From positions 1,043 through 65,042 of the forward strand of contig PXPI01000119.1 in assembly GCA_003021905.1 (NCBI GenBank): DNA of 64,000 nucleotides, read 5' to 3'. Below are positions 45,349 through 56,367 of this stretch, piece after piece. The notes under the pieces were generated by a model, which saw only the letters and a list, made by a program, of their open reading frames with translations, searched no databases and was not told the origin of the DNA. Each line of letters begins with the position of its first letter. Position 1 is the stretch's first letter. Position numbers and translations under genes: made by a program. This DNA comes from Cyanobacteria bacterium SW_9_44_58 (GTDB lineage: Bacteria > Cyanobacteriota > Cyanobacteriia > Cyanobacteriales > Rubidibacteraceae).

Positions 45349-46716
45349 ATGCAAGGAGATACCATCGTCGCAATTGCTACCCCTGTGGTTCCCGAACAAG
45401 GTAGTGTCGGCATCGTTCGTTTATCGGGAGAACAAGCCCTATCAATTGCCAAAGCCCTATTTCACACCCCAGGAAAGCAAGTTTGGGAATCCCATCGCAT
45501 TCTCTACGGCTATGTTTGCCATCCGGAGACAAATAAAACGGTTGATGAAGCCCTACTTCTCATTATGCAATCACCTCGGTCTTATACTCGGGAAGATGTG
45601 GTGGAATTTCATTGTCACGGGGGTATGATTCCCGTACAACAAGTACTCCAGCTATGTGTGGAACAAGGGGCGAGACTTGCCCAAGCCGGGGAATTTACCC
45701 TTCGTGCTTTTCTCAATGGCCGTATTGATTTAACCCAAGCCGAAAGCATTGCCGAATTAGTGGGGGCAAAATCAGCGCAAGCTGGAGAAATGGCTTTAGC
45801 GGGGATACAAGGGAAATTAGCCCAGCCTATTCGCGAGTTGCGAAACAACTGTATGGATATTTTGGCAGAAGTGGAGGCACGAGTGGACTTTGCTGATGAA
45901 TTGCCCCCACTGGATGAAGCCGATATTCAACAACAGGTGCAAACGGTTTTAGATAATGTCGAATATTTCCTCAGTACCGCTGATCAAGGGGAATTACTCC
46001 GTACTGGGGTGAAAGTTGCTATTGTCGGGCGACCCAATGTCGGAAAGTCCAGTTTGCTGAATGCCTGGAGCAAAAGCGATCGCGCCATTGTCACCGATTT
46101 ACCCGGAACGACTCGCGATGTCGTGGAATCCCAGTTAGTCGTTGGCGGCATCCCCGTGGAAGTTTTGGATACCGCAGGCATCCGCGAAACGGAAGATCAA
46201 GTGGAAAAAATCGGCGTGGAACGATCGCGCAACGCCGCCGAAAAAGCCGATTTAATTTTACATACCATTGATGCGGAACTGGGCTGGACCAAAGAAGATG
46301 ATTTAATCTACGAACAAGTTAAACAGCGGCCCCTCATTTTGGTAATTAACAAAACAGATCTTGCCCCAGCCAGTCAAGTTAGCTATCCCCAAGCCGTTGA
46401 AACCATTGTTGCCACTGCTGTTACGGAACCGAAAGGGATTGACGATCTCGAAAACGCGATTTTGAGTTTAGTGCAGCAAGGCAACCTCAGTGCCGCCAAC
46501 AGCGACTATGCCATCAACCAACGCCAAGCAGCCGCGCTAACCCGCGCCAAAACTGCCTTGCAACACGTTCTTGAAACTATCGATCAACAACTTCCCTTTG
46601 ATTTTTGGACCATTGATTTACGGAGCGCTATTCAGGCTTTAGGGGAAATTACCGGAGAAGAAGTAACTGAATCGATGCTGGATCGCATTTTCAGTCGCTT
46701 CTGTATTGGCAAATAA
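45349..46716 (+). CDS. mnmE: tRNA modification GTPase MnmE (TrmE)
   Basis: [12 protein letters not shown]...G-domain [34 protein letters not shown], and the C-terminal FCIGK. Confidence 0.95.
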   Translation: MQGDTIVAIATPVVPEQGSVGIVRLSGEQALSIAKALFHTPGKQVWESHRILYGYVCHPETNKTVDEALLLIMQSPRSYTREDVVEFHCHGGMIPVQQVLQLCVEQGARLAQAGEFTLRAFLNGRIDLTQAESIAELVGAKSAQAGEMALAGIQGKLAQPIRELRNNCMDILAEVEARVDFADELPPLDEADIQQQVQTVLDNVEYFLSTADQGELLRTGVKVAIVGRPNVGKSSLLNAWSKSDRAIVTDLPGTTRDVVESQLVVGGIPVEVLDTAGIRETEDQVEKIGVERSRNAAEKADLILHTIDAELGWTKEDDLIYEQVKQRPLILVINKTDLAPASQVSYPQAVETIVATAVTEPKGIDDLENAILSLVQQGNLSAANSDYAINQRQAAALTRAKTALQHVLETIDQQLPFDFWTIDLRSAIQALGEITGEEVTESMLDRIFSRFCIGK

Positions 46717-46975
46717 AAAAATATTTATCAGGAAAGGGATTAGCCTTTCCATAAATTTAGCTGACTGAATAGTAAAACCTTCAATATCAAATTGAATGGA
46801 AGTTGAACATCCTAGATTTTAATGGTCGCTAGAACCAAGCAATCCTCTTTTTTAAGCTAATGAAAATGGCAATTCCAAGATTGATAGCCTGCTGAAACAG
46901 CAACACCCCTTACCTTATTTCTTGAAAAGTTCAGAAATTGAACAACTCAAAAAACTGGTTAGTTATTTTGCCAGC

Positions 46976-47203
46976 CTATTCCTCTGAAGACTCTTCGCTA
47001 GGGCTGCCATCTCCCCCTTCACTAGGCTGTTCCTCAGACATACCGGAATCCTCACTGGGTTGTTCCTCAGACATACCATCTGGTGCTTGTTGTTCCTCAT
47101 TGGGAGACTGCTGATCTGGAGATTGCTGATCTGGGGACTGCTGACAAGCAGTTAAAGAAAATAGCGAGACAATTAGCAATAAAGTAATGAGTTGAGATTT
47201 CAT
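46976..47203 (-). CDS. Small acidic repeat-containing lipoprotein
   Basis: MKSQLITLLLIVSLFSLTAC (signal peptide plus lipobox LTAC), then QQSPD x3 and GMSEEQPSE x2. AAGGAG lies 10 nt upstream of the ATG. Confidence 0.65.
   Translation of the reverse strand: MKSQLITLLLIVSLFSLTACQQSPDQQSPDQQSPNEEQQAPDGMSEEQPSEDSGMSEEQPSEGGDGSPSEESSEE
47106..47144. repeat. 15-bp tandem repeat (about 2.6 copies) inside the lipoprotein gene
   Basis: GACTGCTGATCTGGA / GATTGCTGATCTGGG / GACTGCTGA, encoding the (QQSPD)n repeat on the minus strand. Confidence 0.8.
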
Positions 47204-47548
47204 AAATTAATTTCTCCTTAACTTTGCCTTAATTTTACCTTAAACTTTAACTTCAATCATATCGTAATATATTGTATATTTTGAGACAACTTTCTAGCCC
47301 TTTTGACCAAGAATAGCTAATCTCAAGCTCCTCACCTTTTATCGATACGCACGAAAAAAAATTAAAAGTAAGTAGGCAAGGGCTTCAAAATCAAATAAAA
47401 TGAAACTTTCAGTGATAGCCTCGTTCATGCTACTCTAGTAAAGCCGAATTATTTCCATTAACTTCGCACATCTAAGGCTTCGGGTGTTTCCGTTGCTGGA
47501 AATTCCCCTTAGATGGAGGATAAACCCGAAAAAGGAGAATTTACAATC

Positions 47549-48373
47549 ATGCCGGTTATTAATCTTAGAGAACTTTTAGAATCCGGTGTTCACTTCGGAC
47601 ACCAAACCCGCCGTTGGCATCCGGCGATGCGTCCCTATATTTATACCTCGCGCAATGGGGTCCACATCATTGACTTGGTACAAACGGCGCAACTCATGGA
47701 GGAAGCCTACAGCTATCTCCAGGATGCGGCGGCCAACGGCAAAAAAGTTTTGTTTGTGGGCACGAAGCGGCAAGCTGCTGGTATTATTGCCCAAGAAGCA
47801 GAGCGTTGCGGCGCCTTCTATGTTAACCAGCGTTGGCTGGGGGGAATGCTCACCAATTGGGAAACCATTAAAACCCGAGTGGAACGCCTCAAAGAATTGG
47901 AACGTCTCAGAGAAAGCGGGGCAATGGCCCGTCGTCCCAAAAAAGAAGCTGCGGTTTTAGGGCGGGAACTCACCAAACTGCAGAAATATCTCGGCGGCAT
48001 TAAAATGATGCGCCGCCTGCCTGATATTGTAGTTATCGTTGACCAGCGCCGGGAACACAATGCCATCATGGAATGTCAAAAATTAGGGATTCCCATGATT
48101 TCCATGTTGGATACCAACTGCAATCCCGGCTTAGTGGATATTCCCATTCCCGCCAACGATGATGCCATTCGGTCGGTGAAACTGATTATCGGCAAACTCG
48201 CCGATGCCATTTATGAAGGCCGTCATGGACAACTCGATATGGAAACCGAAGCCCAATATGAGGAATTGGAAGAGGGCATTGAGACTGGCGAAGAACAAGA
48301 CGATGAGGAAGAAATGACCTCGCAAGGCGAGTCGGAAATGGTTGCTGCCACCGGTGAGACGCAAGAAGAATAA
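47549..48373 (+). CDS. rpsB: 30S ribosomal protein S2, with long acidic C-terminal tail
   Basis: AAGGAG lies 10 nt before ATG 47549. [43 protein letters not shown].. The tail is ..[43 protein letters not shown]. Confidence 0.95.
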   Translation: MPVINLRELLESGVHFGHQTRRWHPAMRPYIYTSRNGVHIIDLVQTAQLMEEAYSYLQDAAANGKKVLFVGTKRQAAGIIAQEAERCGAFYVNQRWLGGMLTNWETIKTRVERLKELERLRESGAMARRPKKEAAVLGRELTKLQKYLGGIKMMRRLPDIVVIVDQRREHNAIMECQKLGIPMISMLDTNCNPGLVDIPIPANDDAIRSVKLIIGKLADAIYEGRHGQLDMETEAQYEELEEGIETGEEQDDEEEMTSQGESEMVAATGETQEE

Positions 48374-48595
48374 ATCGCTATAGTAAGTTGGACAATGCTC
48401 TCTCTTTTCCATTAATAGCGGTGTTAAACTGCTCAAAGAGATTAGTCGTTTGACTAGGGAAGGTAAGGATATAACTCTCTATCAAGGGAGTATTCAACTA
48501 ATTGATTTCCTGCTTCCACGCCTCAGTTGTTAGTACTGAGGCACTAGTCGCTTTTTACGGTTGATGAGTTGTCTTGTAGAAAAGGAAAAATTTAG

Positions 48596-49231
48596 ATGGC
48601 GGAAATATCAGCACAACTGGTTAAAGACTTGCGCCAAAAAACGGGCGCAGGGATGATGGATTGCAAAAAAGCACTGTCAGAAAGTGATGGCGACATCACA
48701 AAAGCAATGGAGTGGTTGCGTCAAAAAGGCATCACTTCGGCAGAGAAAAAACAAGGACGAGCAGCAACAGAAGGGATGATTGACAGTTATATTCACACTG
48801 GGGGGCGCATTGGCGTCTTGGTGGAAGTTAACTGTGAAACCGACTTTGTTGCCCGTCGTGAAGAATTTCAAACCTTAGTCCGCGACATTGCAATGCAAAT
48901 TGCAGCGTATGGAAATGTGGAGTACGTTTCCACTGAAGATGTTCCCCAAGAGATTGTTGAGAAAGAAAAAGCCATTGAAAAAGGGCGTGAAGACTTACAG
49001 GGGAAACCTGACAACATTAAAGAGAAAATTGTTCAAGGGCGCATTGACAAACGTTTGAAAGAACTATCTTTGTTAGATCAACCCTTTATTAAAGATCAAA
49101 GCATTACGGTTGATGAATACATCAAACAAAGCATTGCCACTGTCGGAGAAAATATCAAAGTCAGACGCTTTGCTCGTTTTGTCTTAGGAGAAAGCCCAGA
49201 GGCACAAGAAGAGGAATCTTCTCAAGAATAG
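48596..49231 (+). CDS. tsf: Translation elongation factor Ts
   Basis: [45 protein letters not shown].. ..[18 protein letters not shown].. Confidence 0.95.
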   Translation: MAEISAQLVKDLRQKTGAGMMDCKKALSESDGDITKAMEWLRQKGITSAEKKQGRAATEGMIDSYIHTGGRIGVLVEVNCETDFVARREEFQTLVRDIAMQIAAYGNVEYVSTEDVPQEIVEKEKAIEKGREDLQGKPDNIKEKIVQGRIDKRLKELSLLDQPFIKDQSITVDEYIKQSIATVGENIKVRRFARFVLGESPEAQEEESSQE

Positions 49232-49267
49232 GGGAGTTTTGATTAAATACTTTTTTCTAATTAAAAA

Positions 49268-49307
49268 GGCAAAAGTAAGTCACTGTCGCTAGCTTTTGCC
49301 TTTTTTT
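49268..49307 (+). terminator. Rho-independent terminator after tsf
   Basis: GGCAAAAG (49268-49275) pairs with CTTTTGCC (49293-49300) and is followed by T7 (49301-49307). Confidence 0.75.
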
Positions 49308-49326
49308 AGAAACGATTAATATTTTG

Positions 49327-50313
49327 ATGAATTCCTTAATTGTCAATAGTACATTCTTAAATATGGTAAGAGATCTTCAAAGTATTGAAAAAGAGTTACA
49401 GGAACTGGAAAATCAGGTAGAAACGCTTTCTGATAAATTAAAAACGGCTTATCAAGAATATACAGAAATTTTAGGAGATACTTTCAAACAACAATTAGTT
49501 TTTTCAGTTTATCAAATTTGTACGCAAGAATATCCCCAAGGATTCTTAAATTTATCTCTATCGCAACAACAAAATTTACAAAAAAAAGTTCGGGAATTAG
49601 CAGAAAAAGCAAAAGAGAATTTTAAGTTAGGTGGAGATTTTTTAAAGCAAATGGAAAATCAAACAGATGATTCTCCACAAGAGGAAGACGCTTCTGAAGA
49701 ATCAGATAATTTATTTTCGGAACAATGGGAAACGGTTTCTCATGTTGAAGAACAAAATAATGAAGCGACAATTAATCAAAATATCTTAAAAGAATTATTA
49801 ACATCAACTCAACAAGATTCGGAAGCCGCATCAGCAGATGATACATCCAGCAAACATCCTGATCAGATTTTAAATTGGTCAAAGCGGCAAGAAAACGCGA
49901 TCGCGCTCATTTTAGAAAATGTCTCCAGTCAGGCCAATGAAACGCTCAAAGAAGCGGGAATTTTACCCCAAGAATTTCCCAAAGAAATGATTGATGCCGC
50001 CTTGCAAGCCGAAGACGCTGGTTCCATGAGCAACCGCGCTCCTGGGGTTCTGCATTTAATGTTGGAAGTAGAGCGGAAAAATCAGCAACAGAAAAGCGAT
50101 AATAATGAAGTGATGCAACTGAGCATTATTCGCTTGCGGGTGGGAGAAATGGAGTTTGCCGCCCCGAGTCTCAACATGAAACGGCGAGAATTGCGGAATA
50201 TGACTCAGGAAGTCCAACAGTTGCAAGAACAATATCATAAATTAAGCAAAGAACGCGCGATCGCGCAAGCAGAATTGGCTTGGCGCAGCAGTTGGCATGA
50301 AGATGAGGCTTAG
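49327..50313 (+). CDS. Acidic coiled-coil hypothetical protein
   Basis: MNSLIVNSTFLNMVRDLQSIEKELQELENQVETLSDKLKTAYQEY.. with an E/D/Q-rich middle and a coiled-coil C-terminus. ATG at 49327 (the track uses a TTG at 49324). Confidence 0.6.
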   Translation: MNSLIVNSTFLNMVRDLQSIEKELQELENQVETLSDKLKTAYQEYTEILGDTFKQQLVFSVYQICTQEYPQGFLNLSLSQQQNLQKKVRELAEKAKENFKLGGDFLKQMENQTDDSPQEEDASEESDNLFSEQWETVSHVEEQNNEATINQNILKELLTSTQQDSEAASADDTSSKHPDQILNWSKRQENAIALILENVSSQANETLKEAGILPQEFPKEMIDAALQAEDAGSMSNRAPGVLHLMLEVERKNQQQKSDNNEVMQLSIIRLRVGEMEFAAPSLNMKRRELRNMTQEVQQLQEQYHKLSKERAIAQAELAWRSSWHEDEA

Positions 50314-50377
50314 AAAACCTGTATGATAGATAAACAAAGGAACGCGCCTAAGCTAGCTAGTTGGTAAGCAAATTCAC

Positions 50378-52825
50378 ATGACGGATGCAAGCACTCTCGA
50401 CTGGGAACGTCTCCATAAAGCCCTCGCCGTAGAAGCCAAATCCGGCTATTCCGACATTGCAGGAAAACAGTATCGTTTTAGCGAGTTTCTCTGCCTCACC
50501 TTCGGAAAAATTCCGCCGCAAGCCACACCGGAACAACAACAGCGTTGGCATCGCTTGGCAACAGAATTTTCCAATTATAGGGAAAAAACAATTCAGGAAC
50601 GTCAACAGTTAATTGTCAAAGCCAGCCGTCTTCTCAAAGATGTTCAACAGGGAAAATCTTCCTCGCCGGAACCAACCCCGCAACCAACCCCGAAATCCCC
50701 CATTGCACAAAGCGCTAGCTATCTAGAATTGGATCAGCCTCTCCAGGAAGTTCCCGACATTGGAAAAACCCGCAGCCGCAGTTTAAAGCGTCTTGGTTTA
50801 GAAACAGTGCGCGATGTTTTGTTTTATTATCCCCGGGAACACATTGACTATGCCCGGCAAGTGAATATTTCTCATTTAACCGAAGGAGAAACTGTAACGA
50901 TTGTGGGGCGTGTCAAACGCTGCAATTGTTTTACCAGTCCGAAAAATAAAAAACTGAGCATCTTTCAACTGATTATTCAAGACCGTACCGGGGAAGTCAA
51001 ACTCAGCCGCTTTTTTGCCGGAACCCGTTTTACCAATCGCGGTTGGCAAGAGAAACAAAAACGATTATATCCCAAAGGCGCGATCGTTGCTGCCTCGGGA
51101 TTAGTAAAAAAGAATAAATACGGCATCACCCTGGATAACCCTGAAATTGAACTATTGGATTCTCCCGGGGGTGAAATTGAATCCATCAATATTGGGCGTG
51201 TATTGCCCGTTTATCCCCTAACGGAAGGAGTTTCTGCAGATGTGGTGAGAAAAGCCGTCATTACCGTTTTACCAACCGCCAAACAACTGAAAGATCCCCT
51301 ACCCAGTTCGCTTCGGGAACAATACAGTTTTCTCCCTTTACCGGAAGCAGTTGTCAACCTCCATTTTCCCTGTGATCATGAGACGCTATCCCACGCCCGA
51401 CGCCGCTTGATTTTTGATGAATTCTTTTTCCTGCAACTGGGCTTTCTCAGCCGTCGTCAACAAGAACGAGAAAGCCAACAAAGCGCCATTCTCAACCCCA
51501 CTGGAGAACTCATTGACCAATTTAAACAAGTGCTTCCGTTTGCCTTAACCAATGCCCAGCAACGGGTAGTTAGCGATATCCTCCAGGACTTAAATTCTGA
51601 AACGCCCATGAACCGATTAGTACAAGGGGATGTGGGGTCGGGAAAAACCGTGGTTGCGGTTTTTGCGATTCTGGCCGCCATTCAGTCGGGTTATCAAGCA
51701 GCCTTAATGGCGCCCACAGAAGTCCTTGCCGAACAGCATTATCGCAAACTCGTCGCCTGGTTTAACTTACTCCATCTTCCGGTAGAACTGCTCACTGGGT
51801 CAACCAAAACCGGAAAACGGCGAGAGATTCATCAACAGCTGGAAACCGGAGAACTCCCCCTGCTAGTGGGAACTCACGCTTTAATTCAAGATACGGTTAA
51901 TTTCCAAGACTTAGGGTTAGTCGTCATCGACGAACAGCATCGCTTCGGGGTGCAGCAACGAGCGCGATTGCTAGATAAAGGCAATTCTCCCCATGTTTTG
52001 AGTATGACAGCAACGCCGATTCCCCGCACCTTAGCCTTAACCCTTCACGGGGACTTGGATGTCTCGCAAATTGATGAACTGCCGCCTGGGCGACAAGACA
52101 TTCAAACCACAGTGTTATCGGGAAAACAACGCCGTCAAGCCTACGAGTTAGTGCGTCGCGAAATTGCCCAAGGACGCCAGGCTTATATTGTACTCCCTTT
52201 AGTGGAAGAATCGGAAAAATTGGATGTTCGGTCCGCAATTGAAGAACAGCAACGATTACAGGAAACGGTTTTTCCTGAATTTAATGTGGGCTTGTTGCAT
52301 GGGCGGATGAGTTCACCGGAAAAAGACGAAGCCTTGACTGCTTTTCGGGATAATAAAACCCAAATCATTGTTTCCACAACCGTCATTGAAGTGGGGGTTG
52401 ATGTTCCCAATGCTACCGTCATGTTAATTGAAAATGCCGAACGATTTGGCTTATCCCAATTGCACCAACTGCGAGGAAGAGTGGGGCGTGGAGAACATAA
52501 ATCCTATTGTATTCTAATGAGCGGTTCCCAAAGCGATACCGCCAAACAACGCTTAAGCGTCTTAGAACAATCCAGAGATGGCTTTTTTATCTCAGAAATG
52601 GACATGCGGTTTCGGGGACCCGGCGAAGTACTGGGAAAACGTCAATCCGGGCTTCCCGACTTTGCCCTGGCCAGTCTAGTGGAAGATCAAGAAGTTTTAA
52701 AGTTAGCCAGAGAAGCAGCAGAAAAATTATTGTTTAATGATCAAAATCTAGATGACTATCCCTTATTAAAAGAAGAATTGCAACGGCGCTATGTCAAACT
52801 CATGGGCGGCACGATTTTGACTTAA
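50378..52825 (+). CDS. recG: ATP-dependent DNA helicase RecG
   Basis: Wedge/OB region, then LVQGDVGSGKTVVA, VIDEQHRFGV, SMTATPIPRTL, and ..LHQLRGRVGRG.. ..TRG-like FRGPGEVLGKRQSG.. Confidence 0.95.
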   Translation: MTDASTLDWERLHKALAVEAKSGYSDIAGKQYRFSEFLCLTFGKIPPQATPEQQQRWHRLATEFSNYREKTIQERQQLIVKASRLLKDVQQGKSSSPEPTPQPTPKSPIAQSASYLELDQPLQEVPDIGKTRSRSLKRLGLETVRDVLFYYPREHIDYARQVNISHLTEGETVTIVGRVKRCNCFTSPKNKKLSIFQLIIQDRTGEVKLSRFFAGTRFTNRGWQEKQKRLYPKGAIVAASGLVKKNKYGITLDNPEIELLDSPGGEIESINIGRVLPVYPLTEGVSADVVRKAVITVLPTAKQLKDPLPSSLREQYSFLPLPEAVVNLHFPCDHETLSHARRRLIFDEFFFLQLGFLSRRQQERESQQSAILNPTGELIDQFKQVLPFALTNAQQRVVSDILQDLNSETPMNRLVQGDVGSGKTVVAVFAILAAIQSGYQAALMAPTEVLAEQHYRKLVAWFNLLHLPVELLTGSTKTGKRREIHQQLETGELPLLVGTHALIQDTVNFQDLGLVVIDEQHRFGVQQRARLLDKGNSPHVLSMTATPIPRTLALTLHGDLDVSQIDELPPGRQDIQTTVLSGKQRRQAYELVRREIAQGRQAYIVLPLVEESEKLDVRSAIEEQQRLQETVFPEFNVGLLHGRMSSPEKDEALTAFRDNKTQIIVSTTVIEVGVDVPNATVMLIENAERFGLSQLHQLRGRVGRGEHKSYCILMSGSQSDTAKQRLSVLEQSRDGFFISEMDMRFRGPGEVLGKRQSGLPDFALASLVEDQEVLKLAREAAEKLLFNDQNLDDYPLLKEELQRRYVKLMGGTILT

Positions 52826-53117
52826 ATTATTGACCAAGCAATTAAGAATAATTCTAAAATTCCTAATAAAAGATGTCCAAGGGGATAAAGATCAGCAAGC
52901 AACATCAATTATTACTCCAAACACTAATTTTTCTCCTTCTGAGAACTGAGAGTTTCTAATCCTTTGATCGTTTTTTCAAGTTTGTCTAGAAAAATACTGA
53001 TATTAATATTTATTAAATAATCAACTTTTCATGGTTTTCACGATTAATAATGAATGTGATTTAAGTTACAGTTAAATTAGAAACAAAACAAGATTAGCTC
53101 AAAAAGGATGAATAACA

Positions 53118-53945
53118 ATGCTTTTGCAAAACTGGGTAAGAAATGTTGGTCTTTCCTTAGGCTTTGCCAATTCTTCAGAGCGAGCTAAATTATACTGTGA
53201 ATCGGGAATAGAACACTACGAACAGAAACAATATCAGGAAGCGATTAACGATTTCACTCAGGCAATTGCTTGTCAGATTAAGTTTGGTGAAGCTTATGGA
53301 AACCGTGCTAGAGCCTACTTTAAACTGAAAAGACATGGTCAAGCATGGCAAGACTGCGATCGCGCTATTGAACTCAACCCAAAAGATGCCATGGCTTATA
53401 CCACTCGTGCTGGGGTCAAGTTTCAGTTAAGAAACTATCGACAAGCAATAGAAGATTGCGATCGCGCTATTGAACTCAATCCGCGTCTCACGAAAGCTTA
53501 CTACTATCGAGGTCTTGCTTTGTGTCAATTAAAACAATATCCAGCAGCTGTTCCTAACTTTAGCAAAGTAATTCAGGCTAATCCTTATCTTAGCCAAGCT
53601 TATTACAACCGTGGCGTGGCAAAATTTTATAGTGGCGATATCCAAGGCGCGATCGAAGACTATAATAATAACTTAGCCCTAGATAGCAGCTACGCTAACG
53701 CTTATTACAACCGAGGCTTAGCCCACGCTAAGCTGGGAAATAAAAGACAAGCTTTCTTTGACTGGCGGCATGCTGCGGATTTGTTCCTTAGGAAAGGGGA
53801 AATGCCACTCTATAATAAGGCTGTCAAGTTAATGGCATCTTCTCCTCTAGCAAAGCAAGAATTTCACGAGGAAATGGGTCATATGATCCAGCGTGGCAGG
53901 GAAAATTTAGACAATTCCCCTATGCTGTCGAAAGTTGTACGATAA
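53118..53945 (+). CDS. Tetratricopeptide (TPR) repeat protein
   Basis: Six or more 34-aa repeats of the form ..A..D..RAIELNP..A.AY..RG... Confidence 0.85.
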   Translation: MLLQNWVRNVGLSLGFANSSERAKLYCESGIEHYEQKQYQEAINDFTQAIACQIKFGEAYGNRARAYFKLKRHGQAWQDCDRAIELNPKDAMAYTTRAGVKFQLRNYRQAIEDCDRAIELNPRLTKAYYYRGLALCQLKQYPAAVPNFSKVIQANPYLSQAYYNRGVAKFYSGDIQGAIEDYNNNLALDSSYANAYYNRGLAHAKLGNKRQAFFDWRHAADLFLRKGEMPLYNKAVKLMASSPLAKQEFHEEMGHMIQRGRENLDNSPMLSKVVR

Positions 53946-54016
53946 ACTGAAATAACAATTGGCAAGGGAGAATTGATGGAAACTCATACTCACCATCAAT
54001 GATTTATTACCCTGTT

Positions 54017-54787
54017 ATGACGCAACCCGCAACAACCACAACCAATTTAGTAGAAATCTTTTCCGCTATCCAAGGGGAAGGATTAAACGTTGGAACACGA
54101 CAAATTTTTATTCGTTTCGGAGGCTGCGACTTACGGTGTTATTTCTGTGATAGCGCCCATACTTGGGAAACAAATTCTCGCTGTCGCATTGAACAAACCC
54201 CAGGCAAGCGCGATTTTGTGGAATATGAAAACCCAGTGGCCGAAGAGCAGCTCCTCAGTTGGATAAGGCAGCAACATCAAGGGCATCTGCACGATAGCAT
54301 CAGCTTAACTGGCGGCGAACCGCTATTGCATGCCAAGTTCTTAAAACAATTTTTGCCAAAACTCAAAGAACAAACTCTCTTGCCCATCTATCTCGAAACA
54401 GGAGGACATCGCCCACAACAATTATCCTTGATTTTGGATCAAATTGACTGTATTGGCATGGATATGAAGTTGCCCAGTGTGAGCAGCGAAAATCGATGGC
54501 AAGCCCATAAAGACTTTTTAAGACGTTGTTCACCGCAAAAAGATGTTTTTGTCAAATTAATTGTTACTAACCAAACCCATTGGGATGATTTAGCCAAAGC
54601 CAGTACGATTATCGCGAGCGTGAGTCGTCAAATTCCTGTGATTTTACAACCAGCGACTCCCGTTCCCGGAATCGCAATTACTCCTCCCAGTGCTGAACAA
54701 ATGCTGTTTTGGCAACAGTCCCTGAAATCATCCCTATCAGCGGTGCGGGTGATTCCGCAAACCCACAAAATGATTGGTCAACTCTAA
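54017..54787 (+). CDS. queE: 7-carboxy-7-deazaguanine synthase (radical SAM, QueE)
   Basis: ..LVEIFSAIQGEGLNVGTRQIFIRFGGCDLRCYFCDSAHTW.. (Cx3Cx2C cluster with the QueE-type upstream IQGEG). ATG at 54017. Confidence 0.8.
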   Translation: MTQPATTTTNLVEIFSAIQGEGLNVGTRQIFIRFGGCDLRCYFCDSAHTWETNSRCRIEQTPGKRDFVEYENPVAEEQLLSWIRQQHQGHLHDSISLTGGEPLLHAKFLKQFLPKLKEQTLLPIYLETGGHRPQQLSLILDQIDCIGMDMKLPSVSSENRWQAHKDFLRRCSPQKDVFVKLIVTNQTHWDDLAKASTIIASVSRQIPVILQPATPVPGIAITPPSAEQMLFWQQSLKSSLSAVRVIPQTHKMIGQL

Positions 54788-55524
54788 CGTTGCAACTTTT
54801 TGCGTTTCGCCTGGTTTCTGGCACTTCTAGGAACTTGTTTGCGAGGGGCTTCTTCTCCTTCTTCTTCCGGCATTGGGGTTTCCGAAGTTCCTTTCTGATC
54901 AGCTTGCATTTTCGACTTCGCTTTAGAAGCACTCTTACGCAGGGCTTGCAAGCGCGTTTCGTAGTTTTTGCGAGCCCGTCGGTTCGGGGTTTGTTCAATC
55001 AGACTTTTGAGAGCGCTTCCCAGACTCTTATAGGCATTGGGAACACTATAACCAAAGCGATTGGCCAGGGCAATGGCTTTCTCATCAGCATCAATTGCGG
55101 CTTGAATGGTTTTTTCCCCGCTATTTTTTTGCCACAGTCGGAAACCGGAAACACCGCATAAGGCGAGGGCTAAAATTAAGAGCAAACCGTCTTGCACCCA
55201 CAATTCTCCCACAGCACCGCCTAAACCAATCGCAAGGGCGGCCATTTCCCATCCTTCTTTAGGAATGGTATCATTTTGAATACGGGCGACTTCATGCCAA
55301 AACATTAAATTTCGTTGGTCTAGAGAGAGATTTTCCCATTTTCCTAAGTCAATTTGAATTTCCACCTCATCTCGACCAATTTCTTCACTGCGAATAATAG
55401 GCGGATTGACTTCTGTTGTCGCCTCAACAATCACCCAGCTTTGCAACTCTGGCGGAAGCAATGTCTTTAAGCGTCGCAATTCGTTCATTTCAGCTTTGGC
55501 AGAAGCAGTGGCAAAAGATGTCAT
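54784..55524 (-). CDS. Conserved cyanobacterial hypothetical membrane protein (DUF3318-like, from memory) with basic C-terminal tail
   Basis: ..LMFWHEVARIQNDTIPKEGWEMAALAIGLGGAVGELWVQDGLLLILALALCGVSGF.. (2 TM segments). Lys/Arg-rich tail ..RKQVPRSARNQAKRKKLQR. Confidence 0.6.
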   Translation of the reverse strand: MTSFATASAKAEMNELRRLKTLLPPELQSWVIVEATTEVNPPIIRSEEIGRDEVEIQIDLGKWENLSLDQRNLMFWHEVARIQNDTIPKEGWEMAALAIGLGGAVGELWVQDGLLLILALALCGVSGFRLWQKNSGEKTIQAAIDADEKAIALANRFGYSVPNAYKSLGSALKSLIEQTPNRRARKNYETRLQALRKSASKAKSKMQADQKGTSETPMPEEEGEEAPRKQVPRSARNQAKRKKLQR

Positions 55525-55703
55525 ATCAACCTCCTAGACAAGTACCGAGTGCTTTTCTCGGTTTCAAAATACCAATGTAGCAGTTTTGGACTATCAATTC
55601 CAGAGGAGTGGTTTCCGGGACAATAGTTCTATCATCCCCAATATACAATAGGGCACGCCTATTGCGCACCCTACTGCGGGATCAACTTGATTGCCCTTGA
55701 TTG

Positions 55704-56288
55704 CTAGTTCATGCGAGTTTGAATCGTTTCTGCCAACCCTTCCGGAAGTAGAACCCGGTTAACCGCATGAATGATGCCATTGCTGGCTTCAATGTCCGGT
55801 TGAACGACACTGGCATTATTCACAATGACGCTATTGCCGGAAATCGCAACAGAGATCCCGCCATTGAGGGAATCAACAGTTCCAGTTTCTAGCTGATCCG
55901 AGGTCACGTTGCTGGGAACGACATGATAGCTTAAAACATCGACTAATAAGTCTTTGTTTTCCGGTTGCAATAGAAATTCAACCATTTTATCGGGAAGCTT
56001 GGCAAAAGCCTCGTTCGTCGGGGCAAAAACCGTAAAGGGGCCTTCTCCCTTGAGTGTTTCTGCTAAATCAGCGGCTTGCACCGCTTTAACAAGGGTACTG
56101 AAGTTTTCGTTATTGCTAGCGATGCCAACAATATCTTTTTCCCCTTGGGCAATTTGCAGCTGTTGTGGAGACCTAGTTTGCGGTGTTGAATGCCCGGGAG
56201 TTGGTTCAGCAATTGCACTGGAATTAATACCAACTGTCAGGAGTAGGGTTGCGGTAAAGAATTGCCAACGTGAGACGGTGTTATTCAT
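55704..56288 (-). CDS. Fasciclin (FAS1) domain protein, secreted
   Basis: Signal peptide, then ..DIVGIASNNENFSTLVKAVQAADLAETLKGEGPFTVFAPTNEAFAKLP...SYHVVP...NGIIHAVNRVLLP. Confidence 0.9.
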   Translation of the reverse strand: MNNTVSRWQFFTATLLLTVGINSSAIAEPTPGHSTPQTRSPQQLQIAQGEKDIVGIASNNENFSTLVKAVQAADLAETLKGEGPFTVFAPTNEAFAKLPDKMVEFLLQPENKDLLVDVLSYHVVPSNVTSDQLETGTVDSLNGGISVAISGNSVIVNNASVVQPDIEASNGIIHAVNRVLLPEGLAETIQTRMN

Positions 56289-56367
56289 GACTTAGATATG
56301 AAATTTTGTAAATAACTTTAAAGTCACGTTAACTTTTCTTTTCCTAAAACTAACTATATCAAAAGGA

